The notes beneath the pieces are model-generated. The model was not told where the DNA came from. It did no database searches and worked only from the letters and a program-made list of their open reading frames with translations. Positions 28,440 through 39,149 of a stretch of DNA of 49,997 nucleotides are shown in pieces (the stretch's first letter is position 1; every line of letters starts with the position of its first letter). Made by a program: the position numbers and the translations under genes. The stretch spans positions 1 to 49,997 of the forward strand of contig JASLZZ010000102.1 of assembly GCA_030754595.1 (NCBI GenBank), written 5' to 3'. Origin of the DNA: Nitrospinota bacterium. Lineage in GTDB: Bacteria; UBA8248.

Positions 28440-29423
28440 GTGCTGTATCTGGGAGAAGAGGAAGTCAAGGGGCTGATCAAGATGCCCGAGGTGGTGGACC
28501 TTGTCGGGGAGGCCTTCAGGGCGCAGGGCGCGGGTCTCGCGCCGAATCAGCCGAGGAGGCGGCTCCACATGCCTAAGGGGGCGCTCCAGGTGATGTACGG
28601 GGGGCTCTCCGATCAGGGCTATTTCGGTTTAAAGGCCTATACCACTTTTCCGGGGATCGGGGTGCGCTTTATCTTTTTGCTCTGGAATTCGGAGACGTCG
28701 GAGCTACTGGCGCTGATGGAGGCGAACATCCTGGGCCAGCTCAGGACGGGCGCGGCGAGCGGCGCGGGGGCGCGGCTGATGGCGCGGGAGGACGCGAGGG
28801 TGGCCGGGCTCTTCGGGACGGGCACGCAGGCGCGGAGCCAGCTCGAGGCGCTTTGCTGCGCGAGGCCGCTCGAGCGGGTGAAGGTTTATAGCCGAAGCGG
28901 AGAGAAGCGGGAGAAGTTCGTGGATCGGATGAAGGACAGGGTCCCGGCCGAGCTTGTGGCGGTGGAGACGCCCGCCGAGGCGGTCAAGGGCTGTCAGATC
29001 GTCTGCACGATGACGACGGCGCGGGACCCTGTGTTCGACGGAGCCGATCTAGAGCCGGGGACGACGGTCGTCCCCGCGGGGTCGAACCGGGTGACGAACC
29101 GGGAGGTGGACGATGAGACTTTCAGGCGTGCGGCAAAGGGGCGAATCGCCACGGACGATTTGAAGGGCGCGAAGATCGAGAGCGGCGACCTGGTCCGGGC
29201 CGTTTCGGCGGGGGCCGTCACCTGGGGCCAGGTGGTCGAGATCGGGCAGATTGCGGCGGGGAGTATGCCGGGCCGGGGCTCGGCGGATGAGATCAATATG
29301 TTCCTCAGCCAGGGGGTCGCGATCGAGGATGTTGCGATCGGGGCCGAGCTATACAAAAGGGCGAGGGCGCAGGGCGTTGGCCAGGATCTTCCCGTCGAGG
29401 GGACGTTCAAGAAGGCGACCTAG
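28440..29423 (+). CDS. Ornithine cyclodeaminase / mu-crystallin family protein
   Basis: GLKAY, LRTGAASG, GTGTQA, SQGVAIEDVA; GGAGG RBS before the GTG at 28440. Confidence 0.9.
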   Translation: MLYLGEEEVKGLIKMPEVVDLVGEAFRAQGAGLAPNQPRRRLHMPKGALQVMYGGLSDQGYFGLKAYTTFPGIGVRFIFLLWNSETSELLALMEANILGQLRTGAASGAGARLMAREDARVAGLFGTGTQARSQLEALCCARPLERVKVYSRSGEKREKFVDRMKDRVPAELVAVETPAEAVKGCQIVCTMTTARDPVFDGADLEPGTTVVPAGSNRVTNREVDDETFRRAAKGRIATDDLKGAKIESGDLVRAVSAGAVTWGQVVEIGQIAAGSMPGRGSADEINMFLSQGVAIEDVAIGAELYKRARAQGVGQDLPVEGTFKKAT

Positions 29424-29767
29424 CCGGGCCCGCACCGAGCGGGTGTGGTCCGTACCGGACGGGTTTGGGGCCTGGGCGGGACGGGTGGCCCGGGAATGAA
29501 GGGAGGCGGTGGTCCGCACCGGACTGGAATTTTCAAGTTGTTGATTTTAGGTCGATTATGGGCTTATTGGGCACAAGCTGTTGATCCCCGGGGGCTTCCG
29601 TGAAATTCGGGGCGAGGGGAGATCGAAATTTTCGCCCAGGGGACTTGAATTTTCCCGCGCCTTCGATTATGGATGGTTCTTCTTTTTCGGGCGGCGGGCC
29701 GGAGCCCCTCCCGGGAAAGCCGTTTTCATGCTTGGGTATTCGATGCTCCGGATAGGAACTCGGTTCC

Positions 29768-29917
29768 ATGCGAGACAAGATCCTGCTCGAGTGCACGGAT
29801 TGTAAAAAAATGCGCTATCCCTCTACCAAGAACAAGCGGAACACGCCGGACCGGCTGGAGTTCAAAAAGTATTGCCGCTTCTGCCGCAAGCATGTGCTGT
29901 TCCGGGAGACCAAATAG
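29768..29917 (+). CDS. rpmG: 50S ribosomal protein L33 (zinc-ribbon, C+ form)
   Basis: [49 protein letters not shown]; below the ORF-track length cutoff. Confidence 0.95.
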   Translation: MRDKILLECTDCKKMRYPSTKNKRNTPDRLEFKKYCRFCRKHVLFRETK

Positions 29918-30184
29918 ATGCCCCCCCGCGGAAAAACCATTTCGATCGCCCGCCGCCGTTGCATCGTCACGGGCAAGGCCGTCGTTTACGGAAACACCGT
30001 TAGCCACTCGCACCGGAAGTCCCCGCGGCGTTTTGAGCCCAACCTGCACCGTAAGCGGATTTGGGTGCCCGAGGAGAAGCGTTACGTGACGCTGCTCGTC
30101 TCGGCGCGCGGGCTCAAGACCATTGCCAAAAAAGGCATTTTCGCCGTCCTCTCGGACCTCAGACGAAAGGGCGAGAAGGTCTAG
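29918..30184 (+). CDS. rpmB: 50S ribosomal protein L28 (long, C- form)
   Basis: RRCIVTGK...GNTVSHSHRKSPRRFEPNL...VSARGLKTIAKKG. Confidence 0.93.
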   Translation: MPPRGKTISIARRRCIVTGKAVVYGNTVSHSHRKSPRRFEPNLHRKRIWVPEEKRYVTLLVSARGLKTIAKKGIFAVLSDLRRKGEKV

Positions 30185-30439
30185 CGCCTCTTCAGTAATC
30201 AAGGCTTTTCACCGAAGTTCCCCGGGTTCAATCGAATTTTATTTTCAAGATTTTCCGGAAACCCGCCGGGCGAGTTCAAGCTTGCCCGTATTCGGGCATC
30301 GTTGGGGTTAAACACATCTCCACAGTGGCGGAGCATGTCCGAAAAAATCTGAGCCACGCTGAGTTGGCCGCCGCATTCGCCTTCGCTGTTGCAGTAGATG
30401 CCGAAGAGAACGAGGGTCTCCGGTTTTTTTCGTATTTGC

Positions 30440-31243
30440 CTACTCGCCGCCGGGCGGGCCTGCCTCGTCAAGCATCTGGCGGTAATCCTCATAGGCGGGG
30501 GGAAACCCTCCGGTATAGGTCAGCCAGTTCGTTACGGGATAGCGTGTCGCGCCCGCCTTGTGGGTGGCTTCGAGACCGCTCAGAATTTCGCCGGCCGCGG
30601 AGTAGGGGAAGCTGAAGGCGATCTCATGGTCCTGCACCTGGCCGAAAATTCTGTCTCCGGTGCAGGGAACGACCATCTGCGGTTCCCCTGTGATAAAGGG
30701 GGCGATGGCGATGTCGGCACAATCCACCCGGCCGCGAAAACGGCTTTCCAGTGTTCCGCCCCGCCTCCAAAGCCAGGCCTGGCCCAGGCGCATGATTTGA
30801 GCGCCGTTCCCGTAGATAACGACCGAGTGCGGTTCGAAGGAGGTGCGGCCGAGCGGTGCGGCGATGACGCCGATATATTCCCCCTCGGGCAGCCGGGGAA
30901 CGCTCTCCTCACTCAGGCGTCCTGCCTTCAAGCTCTCCGTATAGAGATTGACGCACAAATTCCCCTCTTCGAAGTGAGGCAACCGTTTCTCGAGGCCGAG
31001 AGCCACGGCACCGAGGACGCAACTGTTGTCCTCCCGTCCCAGGGCGATGACCCAGCCGTACCGGCGGGCCATCGAAATCGCCTGACATGTCGTGAAGCGG
31101 TTGTCCATATCCTTGAGGGGGTGTTTAGACCGGGGAGGCAACTCGTCCCAGCTCTTGACGAACCGTATCGCCACCGGAAAAGAACCGAGCCGGAGATACT
31201 GATTTAGGCGGTCTTCTAGTTCTGCCATATCTGCGGTGTCCAT
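30440..31243 (-). CDS. DUF169 family protein
   Basis: PVAIRF, TCQAISMARRYG, CVLGAVALG, DCAD, PCTGDRIFG. Confidence 0.8.
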   Translation of the reverse strand: MDTADMAELEDRLNQYLRLGSFPVAIRFVKSWDELPPRSKHPLKDMDNRFTTCQAISMARRYGWVIALGREDNSCVLGAVALGLEKRLPHFEEGNLCVNLYTESLKAGRLSEESVPRLPEGEYIGVIAAPLGRTSFEPHSVVIYGNGAQIMRLGQAWLWRRGGTLESRFRGRVDCADIAIAPFITGEPQMVVPCTGDRIFGQVQDHEIAFSFPYSAAGEILSGLEATHKAGATRYPVTNWLTYTGGFPPAYEDYRQMLDEAGPPGGE

Positions 31244-31415
31244 AAGGCGCCTTTCACTGATAGTGGCTAGGGCTTAGCTTGAGTCTGAGTTATCATATCA
31301 TCTTCCGTCCCCGCGCCCCCTCCCTGGTGAAGTGCTCCGGCGCTCTGTTAGGATGACCTCCCGAACCCGAAAATTTCGATCCACACCACGCAGGGAGCTT
31401 TCCCGGAGGATGCAA

Positions 31416-32612
31416 ATGGAATTCACGTTAACCGATCAGCAAACGGCCATCCAGACGCTGGCCAGGGATTTTGTGAAACAGGAGGTCGAGCCGGTCGCCG
31501 CCGACCTTGATCGCGTCGCTGACTGGGAGGAGCGGATGCCCTGGGATTTGGTCGAGAAGGCCAGCGCCCTGGGGCTTCGCCAACTTCCTTATCCCGAAAA
31601 ATACGGGGGGGCCGCCGCCGATGTGCTCACCTGCTGCATCGCAGGCGAAGAGCTCGCGGTGGGCGATCTCGGTTTCGCCGTTAACCTCGATCAGACCTGG
31701 AAGCTCGCCCATATCCTCGATAGCCTGGAACCCTCGGTTCGCGACCCCTGGTTCGAGCGCCTGTGCCGGGAGCCCCGGTTTCTCACCGCCATCGCCATCA
31801 CCGAACCCGGAGTGGGCAGCGATCACCAGGGATACTACGACGACCCCTCGATCGCGCTGAACACGCGCGCCGAGAGAAAAGGGGGGAACTGGGTGATCAA
31901 CGGAATGAAGCAATACATCAGCAACGGGCCTGTCGCCTCGCTCTACATCGTCGCAGCCCGGACCGATACGGCCAAAACCCTGCGAGAGGGTCTCTCGGGT
32001 TTTTTGGTTCCCCGCGATATGCCGGGATTTTCCATCGGAAGAGTCCACGAAAAAATCGGCCAACGCCTTTCGATGAATTCGGAGCTGTTTTTAGATGATG
32101 TCGAGGTTCCTGGAGATCATCTGATACTGGGCGAGGGACGGATGTGGGAGATCAGGGGGCGTCTTTTGTCGAGTGGAAAGCCGGAGGCGGCGGCCAATTG
32201 CATTGGGGTCGGCCGGGCCGCGTTCGAGAAGGCGCTGGTCCATTCGCGCGAACGGTTTCAGGGCGGAAAGATCATCGGGGAGCATCAGTCGGTCGCTGCC
32301 ATGCTGGCGGATATGGCCATTGGCCTCGAGACAGCCCGGACCATGGTTTACCGATCGGCTTGGGCGGTGGACCACCAGCGCCCCTACGACTTCACGCTGG
32401 GCTGGAAGACCAAGGTGTACGCCTCCGAGGTGGCTTTCGATTGCGCAAGGTGGGGGGTGGAAATCTTCGGCGGAGCGGGCATCATGCTGGAAGCACCGAT
32501 GGAGAAATATCTCCGCGACGCGAGCACGTTTCTTCACTCCGACGGGACAAATCAGGTCCTTCGCCTTCGTATCGCCAAGGCGTATGCCGATGGCACGGCC
32601 TCAAGCTTTTAG
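31416..32612 (+). CDS. Acyl-CoA dehydrogenase family protein
   Basis: AITEPGVGSD, INGMKQYISNG, KIGQR, IFGGAG, YLRDA...GTNQ. Confidence 0.92.
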   Translation: MEFTLTDQQTAIQTLARDFVKQEVEPVAADLDRVADWEERMPWDLVEKASALGLRQLPYPEKYGGAAADVLTCCIAGEELAVGDLGFAVNLDQTWKLAHILDSLEPSVRDPWFERLCREPRFLTAIAITEPGVGSDHQGYYDDPSIALNTRAERKGGNWVINGMKQYISNGPVASLYIVAARTDTAKTLREGLSGFLVPRDMPGFSIGRVHEKIGQRLSMNSELFLDDVEVPGDHLILGEGRMWEIRGRLLSSGKPEAAANCIGVGRAAFEKALVHSRERFQGGKIIGEHQSVAAMLADMAIGLETARTMVYRSAWAVDHQRPYDFTLGWKTKVYASEVAFDCARWGVEIFGGAGIMLEAPMEKYLRDASTFLHSDGTNQVLRLRIAKAYADGTASSF

Positions 32613-32627
32613 CGCAAGGAGAAATCG

Positions 32628-33611
32628 ATGAAGGCGGCATGGTATGAAAAACACGGTCCCGCCGGGGAGGTGATTCTGGTGGGAGAACTGGACACGCCGG
32701 AGGCAGGCGAGGGCGAAGTCCGCGTCCGCCTTTCGGCTTCGGGGGTGAATCCGTCCGACTCGAAGGCTCGGCTCGGATCACGGCCGGTGAAATGGCCCTT
32801 CATCGTCCCCCACAGCGACGGCGCCGGCGTGATCGACCAGGTGGGGCCGGGCGTAGACACCTCACGGGTGGGCGAGCGAGTGTGGGCTTTCAACGGGCAG
32901 TGGGAGCGTCCCCTCGGAACGGCGGCCGAGTACATAGCGCTGCCCGCCGATACGGCGATTCCCCTTCCCGATTCGGTGAGTTTCACCGAGGGGGCCTGCC
33001 TCGGAATTCCGGCGATGACGGCTCACCGGGCCCTCCTTGGAGACGGCCCCGTTGCGGGAATGACTGTTCTCGTGACGGGCGCCGCCGGGGCAGTAGGAAA
33101 TTATGGCGTTCAACTCGCCAAATGGGCCGGCGCGGCCACCGTAATCGGAACGGTCAGCTCCGATGAGAAGGCCGAGGCCGGACGGGGGGCCGGAGCGGAT
33201 CACGTCGTCAACTACCGCACTGAAAACGCCGCCGATCGAATCATGGATATTACGGACGGGAAGGGGGTGGACCGAATCGTCGAGGTTGATCTGGGAGAGA
33301 ACATGCCCGTTACGGCGGGTGTGATAAAAAATAACGGAACCGTCGCCGCCTACGCCTCGATGCGCGTGCCACAGCCGGTATTTCCCCATTACGATTTGAT
33401 GCGGAACAACGTAAATGTCCGGCTGGTTTTCGTTTACACAATGCCCGATGAAGCGAAACGGAGCGCTTGCGGAGACATCGTTCGCGCATGCGAAGAAGGT
33501 CGGCTGTCCCATTCCGTCGGGCCGAAATTCAGTCTCGACGATGTGGCGGCGGCGCATGAGGTTATCGAGAGCGGAGATTTTATAGGCAACGTCGTCGTCG
33601 AAATCGATTGA
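32628..33611 (+). CDS. NADPH:quinone reductase (zeta-crystallin-like MDR)
   Basis: SGVNPSD, PHSDGAG, GTAAEY, GAAGAVG. Confidence 0.9.
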   Translation: MKAAWYEKHGPAGEVILVGELDTPEAGEGEVRVRLSASGVNPSDSKARLGSRPVKWPFIVPHSDGAGVIDQVGPGVDTSRVGERVWAFNGQWERPLGTAAEYIALPADTAIPLPDSVSFTEGACLGIPAMTAHRALLGDGPVAGMTVLVTGAAGAVGNYGVQLAKWAGAATVIGTVSSDEKAEAGRGAGADHVVNYRTENAADRIMDITDGKGVDRIVEVDLGENMPVTAGVIKNNGTVAAYASMRVPQPVFPHYDLMRNNVNVRLVFVYTMPDEAKRSACGDIVRACEEGRLSHSVGPKFSLDDVAAAHEVIESGDFIGNVVVEID

Positions 33612-33618
33612 GAGGGCG

Positions 33619-33750
33619 CTACTTTAGCACTTCTTTGATTCCTTCGCGAAAATTTTCGATGTCGATAGGTTTGGTGATGAATCCGTTCGCCCCCAATTCG
33701 AGGCAGGGTTCCTGGTCTTCCTTCATCGCCTGGACCGAGTGGGTATTCAT
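33619..33750 (-). pseudogene. C-terminal fragment of a response-regulator receiver domain
   Basis: QAMKEDQEPCLELGANGFITKPID matches the receiver beta4-alpha5 region; the N-terminal Asp-containing half is absent. Confidence 0.6.
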
Positions 33751-33916
33751 CCCCCCTTTATACACTCTGCGGGCCTCCTGCGGCGAGGAGAGATTTTGGT
33801 CGCCCGGGCGGCTCAAACAGCCGCCAAAAACAATGTTAATATTCATTTTGTCTTTGATGATTTTTCCCGGGTCGCCGGCAGCGGCGGCCCCCGAACAACC
33901 GGAAGGATGTGGATAC

Positions 33917-34819
33917 ATGCCTGAGATCAGAGTCGGCTTCATAGGACTTGGCCTGATGGGGCGGCCCATGACCCGGCGGTTAATGGACGCCGGTTACCCC
34001 GCCGCCGTGGCCAACCGGAGCCGCCCGGCCGTTGAGGCGTTAGCCGCCGAGGGGGCGATTGCATGCGATAGCCCAGCCGAGGTGGCGGACCGCTCAGGCG
34101 TGGTGTTCACAATGCTCCCCGACGCACCCCAGGTCGAGGAGGTTGTTTTTGGCCCGGACGGCCTCGCTGCCTCAATGCACGAGGGAAGCGTCTTGATCGA
34201 CTCGACGAGCAACAGCCCCCGGAGCGCCGAGAAAGTGGCGGCGGCTCTCGCCGGGAGGGGGGTGGAGATGCTCGATGCGCCCGTATCGGGAGCTCCCGAA
34301 GGGGCCGAGCAGGGAACCCTCGCCATCATGGCGGGCGGTCCGAAGGCCACTTTCGAGCGTTGCCGGTCCCTTCTCGAGATTCTGGGGCAAAAGGTGGTTC
34401 ATGTGGGCGAGCCGCCCGGCTCGGGTTGCGTGGCGAAGCTTGCCAATCAGATTCTGGTTGGCCTTACCTTTCTCGGGGTGGGCGAGGCGATGGTCTTCGG
34501 TGCGAAGGCCGGCCTCGACCCGGCGGCGCTCGTCGAGGCGATGGGGGCCGGGCTGGCCCGGTGCGGCGCGCTCGAGGTGAAGGCGCCGAAAATCCTTTCC
34601 GGCGACTTCACACCCGGCGGCAAGGTGGTGACCCACACCAAGGACCTTCGGTACGCCATGGAAAAAGCGATCGAACTCAACGTTCCACTTCCGGGAACCG
34701 CGCTCGTGGCCCAAATGTTCAGCGAGCTTAGGGCCTCGGGCGAGGGCGAACTCGATCACATCGCCATCGTCCGCACCCTCGAGCGCATGGCCAGAGTCGA
34801 GGCAAGGTCAAAGAAATAG
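33917..34819 (+). CDS. NAD(P)-dependent beta-hydroxyacid dehydrogenase (2-hydroxy-3-oxopropionate reductase-like)
   Basis: GFIGLGLMG, DAPVSG, GTLAIMAGG, KLANQ, KDL. Confidence 0.9.
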   Translation: MPEIRVGFIGLGLMGRPMTRRLMDAGYPAAVANRSRPAVEALAAEGAIACDSPAEVADRSGVVFTMLPDAPQVEEVVFGPDGLAASMHEGSVLIDSTSNSPRSAEKVAAALAGRGVEMLDAPVSGAPEGAEQGTLAIMAGGPKATFERCRSLLEILGQKVVHVGEPPGSGCVAKLANQILVGLTFLGVGEAMVFGAKAGLDPAALVEAMGAGLARCGALEVKAPKILSGDFTPGGKVVTHTKDLRYAMEKAIELNVPLPGTALVAQMFSELRASGEGELDHIAIVRTLERMARVEARSKK

Positions 34820-34911
34820 GGAAGCGAAGAAATAAGGAAGCGTAGTAGTAGGGAAGAGCGCGCGAGGTTGATATACCCTCTCCGTTTTTAAAATGCCTAA
34901 GGAGTTTTCCA

Positions 34912-35259
34912 TTGAAAGTCGAACCTGTCCTGGCGAAATTGAACGGGCTGCGAAAGGACACACAGGGCGAAGGGGGAATCGAGGAGCAGGCCATCTACCA
35001 CGGTTTTTGTTTCATTTCGTACGAGGTGGGAACGTTCACGGGGTTTGTCGAGGGAGGGGCCATACCCTCGGATCGAAAAGGGACCGGGGCGGGGCCGGGC
35101 GCGCGGAAGTTGCTCAAGGCGCTCGAGGAACTGTGCGAGGACGCTTCGGACGACGAGGCGGATATGGAGTTCATTGCTCTCGATAAGGCGGCGGCCTTCA
35201 TTGCCGCCGCACTCGGTGATTTTCAACACTATCTCGACGAGGCCGGAGCGGATATCTAG
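34912..35259 (+). CDS. Hypothetical acidic protein
   Basis: AAGGAG RBS before TTG; fills the intergenic gap in the same orientation as its neighbours. Confidence 0.55.
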   Translation: MKVEPVLAKLNGLRKDTQGEGGIEEQAIYHGFCFISYEVGTFTGFVEGGAIPSDRKGTGAGPGARKLLKALEELCEDASDDEADMEFIALDKAAAFIAAALGDFQHYLDEAGADI

Positions 35260-35271
35260 GTCAATCGGTTT

Positions 35272-35946
35272 TTGTCGATAGAGATGGCCGTGATGCGGGC
35301 GATAGGGAAATCCCTGATAGCGGGCGTGGCCGCCTTGGCGTACTTCTTGATCCCATTCTCCGGCGCCTTTGCAGCGAAAACCGCCTCCGGGGTCAAAGCG
35401 CCGGTTCTCTACCGCTACCTCATCGACGGCCGAAAGAGCCGAGTGTCGTTCACTTTTCGGGGAGTGCTCGTTTCCTACGACGGGCATTTCGGTGTTTTGG
35501 AGGGGGAGCTGTTCCTGGGGTCGAGAAACTCGTTTCGCGGCGCGTCGGGCAAGTTTCTGATCAAGGCGGCCTCGGTGAAGTCGAAAAGGCCTGAGCACAG
35601 GAGAATGCTCTACGGCGAAGTGCTCGAGGCCGAGGAATACCCCGATATCGACTTTCGCGTTACCTCGGTGGAGCCCGGCGGCGAACCCGTGAACCGGGAT
35701 CCCGGGCGGAGGGATAAGGATTGGTGGTTGCGCGGACGGGGGGTTTTGAAGATGCACGGCGCCCGGCGGACACTTCCCCTCTCTTTCAGGCTTACCGATA
35801 CCGGGGCGAATCTCTACATCCGCGGGAAAGGGTCGATCAGCCTCTCCGATTTCGGAATGTCCCGGCCCAAGGTGCTCCTCCTCGTTCCGGGCGGCGACAA
35901 GGTGGAAGTCACCGTCCGCCTCGTCGCCTCGCCCGCTCCGCGTTAA
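35272..35946 (+). CDS. YceI family lipid/polyisoprenoid-binding protein
   Basis: Signal peptide, IDGRKSRVSF, LEAEEYPDIDF, GVLKMHG, SDFGM; start uncertain. Confidence 0.8.
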   Translation: MSIEMAVMRAIGKSLIAGVAALAYFLIPFSGAFAAKTASGVKAPVLYRYLIDGRKSRVSFTFRGVLVSYDGHFGVLEGELFLGSRNSFRGASGKFLIKAASVKSKRPEHRRMLYGEVLEAEEYPDIDFRVTSVEPGGEPVNRDPGRRDKDWWLRGRGVLKMHGARRTLPLSFRLTDTGANLYIRGKGSISLSDFGMSRPKVLLLVPGGDKVEVTVRLVASPAPR

Positions 35947-36049
35947 AACCGGATTTTTCGCTCCGGGTTGTCGCCGCGCGGGAAAAATCCGGCTATTCTA
36001 GGAAACTTGCTCATCTGGAAATAATACCCGGGGTGCCGGGCTAAGGGAG

Positions 36050-37207
36050 GTGCTCGTGGATTTCGAATATACAGAGCTTCAGCGCAACGTCCGTGCCATG
36101 ATAAAGGATTTTGTCGAACGGGAGGTCCGGCCGATCGCAATGGAATACGAGCACGAAGACCGCTATCCGATGCCCGTCGTCAAGAAAATGAAGGAGTTGG
36201 GCATCTTCGGTTTCACCATTCCCGAGAAGTACGATGGAAGCGGAATGGACGAAGTGTGCTACGCCATCGCGATGGAGGAGCTTTCGGTCGGGTGGATGAG
36301 CGTCGCCGGAATCCTCGGCACCCACATGATGACGGCCTGGATGCTTCTCCACTACGGCACCGAGGAACAGAAGGACGCCTATCTGCCCAAGATGGCAACG
36401 GGCGAGTGGCACTCCGGGATGGCGCTGACCGAGCCGGGCTCGGGTTCCGATGCCGCGGCCCTTCGGACCACCGCCGTCCGGGAGGAGGACCAGTGGGTCC
36501 TCAACGGCACCAAGATGTTCATCTCGAACGCCGAGAACGCCACCATGTTCTCCGTCTTCACGCGGACCGACCCAAATGCCCCGAAATCGCGGGGAATCTC
36601 CTGCATTATGGTCCACAAGGGCTCGCCGGGCTTTCAGGTGAGCCGCCACCTCAAGAAAATGGGCTATAAGGGGATCCGGACGAGCGAGCTGATATTCGAG
36701 GACGCCCGTGCCCCTCTGGAAAACCTTCTGGGGGAGGAGAATAAGGGTTTTCCCATGATCATGAGCGCCCTCGAGGGCGGGCGGATCAACGTCGCGGCGA
36801 GAAGCGTGGGCCTCGCTCGGGCCGCGTTCGAGGACTCCGTGCGCTACTCTCAGCAGCGGGAGACCTTCGGCAAGCCCATCGCCCACCACCAGCTCATCGC
36901 CGCCAAGCTGGCCGAGATGGCCACGCGAATAGAGGCCTCGAAGCTGCTCACCTATCAGGCGGCGACGATGAAGGCGGCGGGTAAGCGGTGCGACCTCGAG
37001 GCGGGCATGGCGAAATTCATGGCCTCAGAGACGGCGGAGTTCTGCGCGAGCGAGGCGATACAGGTCCACGGCGGGATGGGCTATATCCAGGAGCTGCCGG
37101 TCGAGCGGTATTTCCGAGACTCGAAGCTGCTCGTCGTCGGCGAGGGGTCGAACGAGATCCAGCGGCTGATCATCGCCAAGCGCCTGCTCGAGCTTTATCC
37201 GGCTTAA
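36050..37207 (+). CDS. Acyl-CoA dehydrogenase
   Basis: ALTEPGSGSD, LNGTKMFISN, KMGYKG, GRINVAA, QVHGGMGY, GEGSNEIQR. Confidence 0.93.
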   Translation: MLVDFEYTELQRNVRAMIKDFVEREVRPIAMEYEHEDRYPMPVVKKMKELGIFGFTIPEKYDGSGMDEVCYAIAMEELSVGWMSVAGILGTHMMTAWMLLHYGTEEQKDAYLPKMATGEWHSGMALTEPGSGSDAAALRTTAVREEDQWVLNGTKMFISNAENATMFSVFTRTDPNAPKSRGISCIMVHKGSPGFQVSRHLKKMGYKGIRTSELIFEDARAPLENLLGEENKGFPMIMSALEGGRINVAARSVGLARAAFEDSVRYSQQRETFGKPIAHHQLIAAKLAEMATRIEASKLLTYQAATMKAAGKRCDLEAGMAKFMASETAEFCASEAIQVHGGMGYIQELPVERYFRDSKLLVVGEGSNEIQRLIIAKRLLELYPA

Positions 37208-37236
37208 TAGGAAAGTTCAGCGAGGAGGAAGGTTTA

Positions 37237-37740
37237 ATGCCCGAATTTCAGATGGGCCGGTGGTATGAGGATTTCGTCGTCGGCGAGGTGATCAGGCACC
37301 GCCCCGGCCGGACGATCCTGGAGTCGGACAACACGCAATTCACGCTGTTGACCGGGAACACTCATCCGGTCCACTTCGATCATCACTACGCCTCGAAGAC
37401 GCAGTTCGGAAAACCGCTGGTCAACTCCACGCTCACTCTCGCCGTCGTCGCGGGGATGTCGGTGACGGACACCTCCTACCGATCAATCGCGAATCTCGAG
37501 TGGGAGTTCATTAAAATGCCGAATCCGGTTTTTCACGGCGATACCCTCTACGCCGAGACCGAAATTCTCGATAAGCGCGAATCCCGGTCCAAGCCCGACA
37601 GGGGGATAGTCCATATGGAGACGCGGGCCCATAACCAGCGCGGCGAGCTTGTCATGGAGTACCGCCGGAAATCCCTTGCCGCCAAGCGGGGGATGGGGGC
37701 GATTCCCGATTACGACAACATCCCCCTCGACGGGGAGTAG
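37237..37740 (+). CDS. MaoC family (hotdog-fold) dehydratase
   Basis: GRWYEDF, NTHPVHFD, PVFHGDTLYAE; GAGGAGG RBS. Confidence 0.9.
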   Translation: MPEFQMGRWYEDFVVGEVIRHRPGRTILESDNTQFTLLTGNTHPVHFDHHYASKTQFGKPLVNSTLTLAVVAGMSVTDTSYRSIANLEWEFIKMPNPVFHGDTLYAETEILDKRESRSKPDRGIVHMETRAHNQRGELVMEYRRKSLAAKRGMGAIPDYDNIPLDGE

Positions 37741-37941
37741 GGCTTTAGCGGTTTGTCCATGTAATTGAATGAAAATCAATTAGTTCTATGATTTTTGCTC
37801 GCCGCGCCCACGGTCTTTCGGGGCGGGCTGAGGGCGTGTTAGGATACGCGCCTTAGAGATGTCGGGATGTACCTGTACGGCACATCATTCTGCCCCCGAG
37901 ATCGGGGCGGTTTTCATTATCCCTTTGATTGAGGGATACGA

Positions 37942-39126
37942 ATGAACGTTGGAGAGCTGAATCCCCATCTTCGCCTTCTTCTGGGGCCCGGTCCCAGTCC
38001 GGTGCACCCCCGCGTCCTCAAGGCGATGAGCACGAATGTGGTCGGCCACCTCGACCCTGATTTTCTCTCCGTGATGGACGACTGCCAGGTAATGCTCCGC
38101 GGGCTTTTCGGAACCGAAAACCGCGTCACTTTCCCCGTTTCGGGTACCGGAAGCGCGGGCATGGAGGCGGCGGTCTGCAATGTCATCGAGCCGGGAGATA
38201 AGGCGATCATTTGCGTCAACGGTGTTTTCGGGGGGCGCATGGCAGATGTCGCCGGGCGCTACGGCGCCGAGGTCATCAAGGTCGAGGCCCCCTGGGGCCA
38301 GCCCATCGACCCGGCGGACGTGAAAAAGGCGCTCGACGCCAATCCCGGCGCCGTTATCGTCGGAATTGTCCACGCCGAGACGAGCACGGGTGTTCTACAG
38401 CCGATGGAGGAGATCGGGGCCGCATGCCAGGGCCACGGGGCGCTTTTGCTGATGGATTGCGTGACCTCGCTCGGCGGTGTGCCTGTCGAGGTGGACAAGT
38501 GGGGCGTCGAGATTGCCTATAGCGGCACCCAGAAGTGCCTCTCGTGTCCTCCGGGTGTGGCCCCGCTGACAATGAGCGAGCGCGCCCTCGGAAAGATGCG
38601 CGAGCGCAAGGAAAAGGTGAAAAGCTGGTATTTCGACGTCACCATGATCGAAAACTACTGGGGGAGCGACCGCTCCTACCACCACACCGGGCCCATTACG
38701 ATGAACTACGCCATCCGCGAGGCGCTCCGGCTGGTGTTCGAGGAGGGTCTTGAACTTCGGTTCGCCCGCCATGCCCTGGCCAGCAAGGCGCTTCAAGCCG
38801 GTGTCGAGGCGCTTGGGCTGTCGATGTTCGCCCAGGAGGGGGACCGAACGCCCACCCTCAATACGGTGTCGATCGGCGAGGGAATCGACGACGGTGAGGT
38901 CCGTAAGGCTCTTCTCAACGATTTCAACATCGAGATCGGCGGCGGGCTGGGCCCCGTGGCCGGAAAAGCCTGGCGCATCGGGATGATGGGCCACGGCGCC
39001 CGCCAGGAGAATGTGGTCTATCTCATGTCGGCTTTAGAGGTCATTTTCAACAGGATGGTGTATACTAAGAAGGTGGGTGAGGCATCAGCAGCCGCTACGC
39101 GGGTGTATGCGGAGGCCTTGGCCTAA
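37942..39126 (+). CDS. Alanine-glyoxylate / serine-pyruvate aminotransferase (class V PLP)
   Basis: [41 protein letters not shown]. Confidence 0.93.
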   Translation: MNVGELNPHLRLLLGPGPSPVHPRVLKAMSTNVVGHLDPDFLSVMDDCQVMLRGLFGTENRVTFPVSGTGSAGMEAAVCNVIEPGDKAIICVNGVFGGRMADVAGRYGAEVIKVEAPWGQPIDPADVKKALDANPGAVIVGIVHAETSTGVLQPMEEIGAACQGHGALLLMDCVTSLGGVPVEVDKWGVEIAYSGTQKCLSCPPGVAPLTMSERALGKMRERKEKVKSWYFDVTMIENYWGSDRSYHHTGPITMNYAIREALRLVFEEGLELRFARHALASKALQAGVEALGLSMFAQEGDRTPTLNTVSIGEGIDDGEVRKALLNDFNIEIGGGLGPVAGKAWRIGMMGHGARQENVVYLMSALEVIFNRMVYTKKVGEASAAATRVYAEALA

Positions 39127-39149
39127 GACCATCGGAAGGAGCTGTTGCG

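Noticed and set aside
29445..29527. Repeated tggtccg(t/c)accggac upstream of rpmG
   Set aside because: Two short copies only, no recognisable element.
35949..35992. Inverted repeat ccggatttttc / gaaaaatccgg
   Set aside because: Could be a terminator or operator, but there is no U-tract and no regulator nearby.
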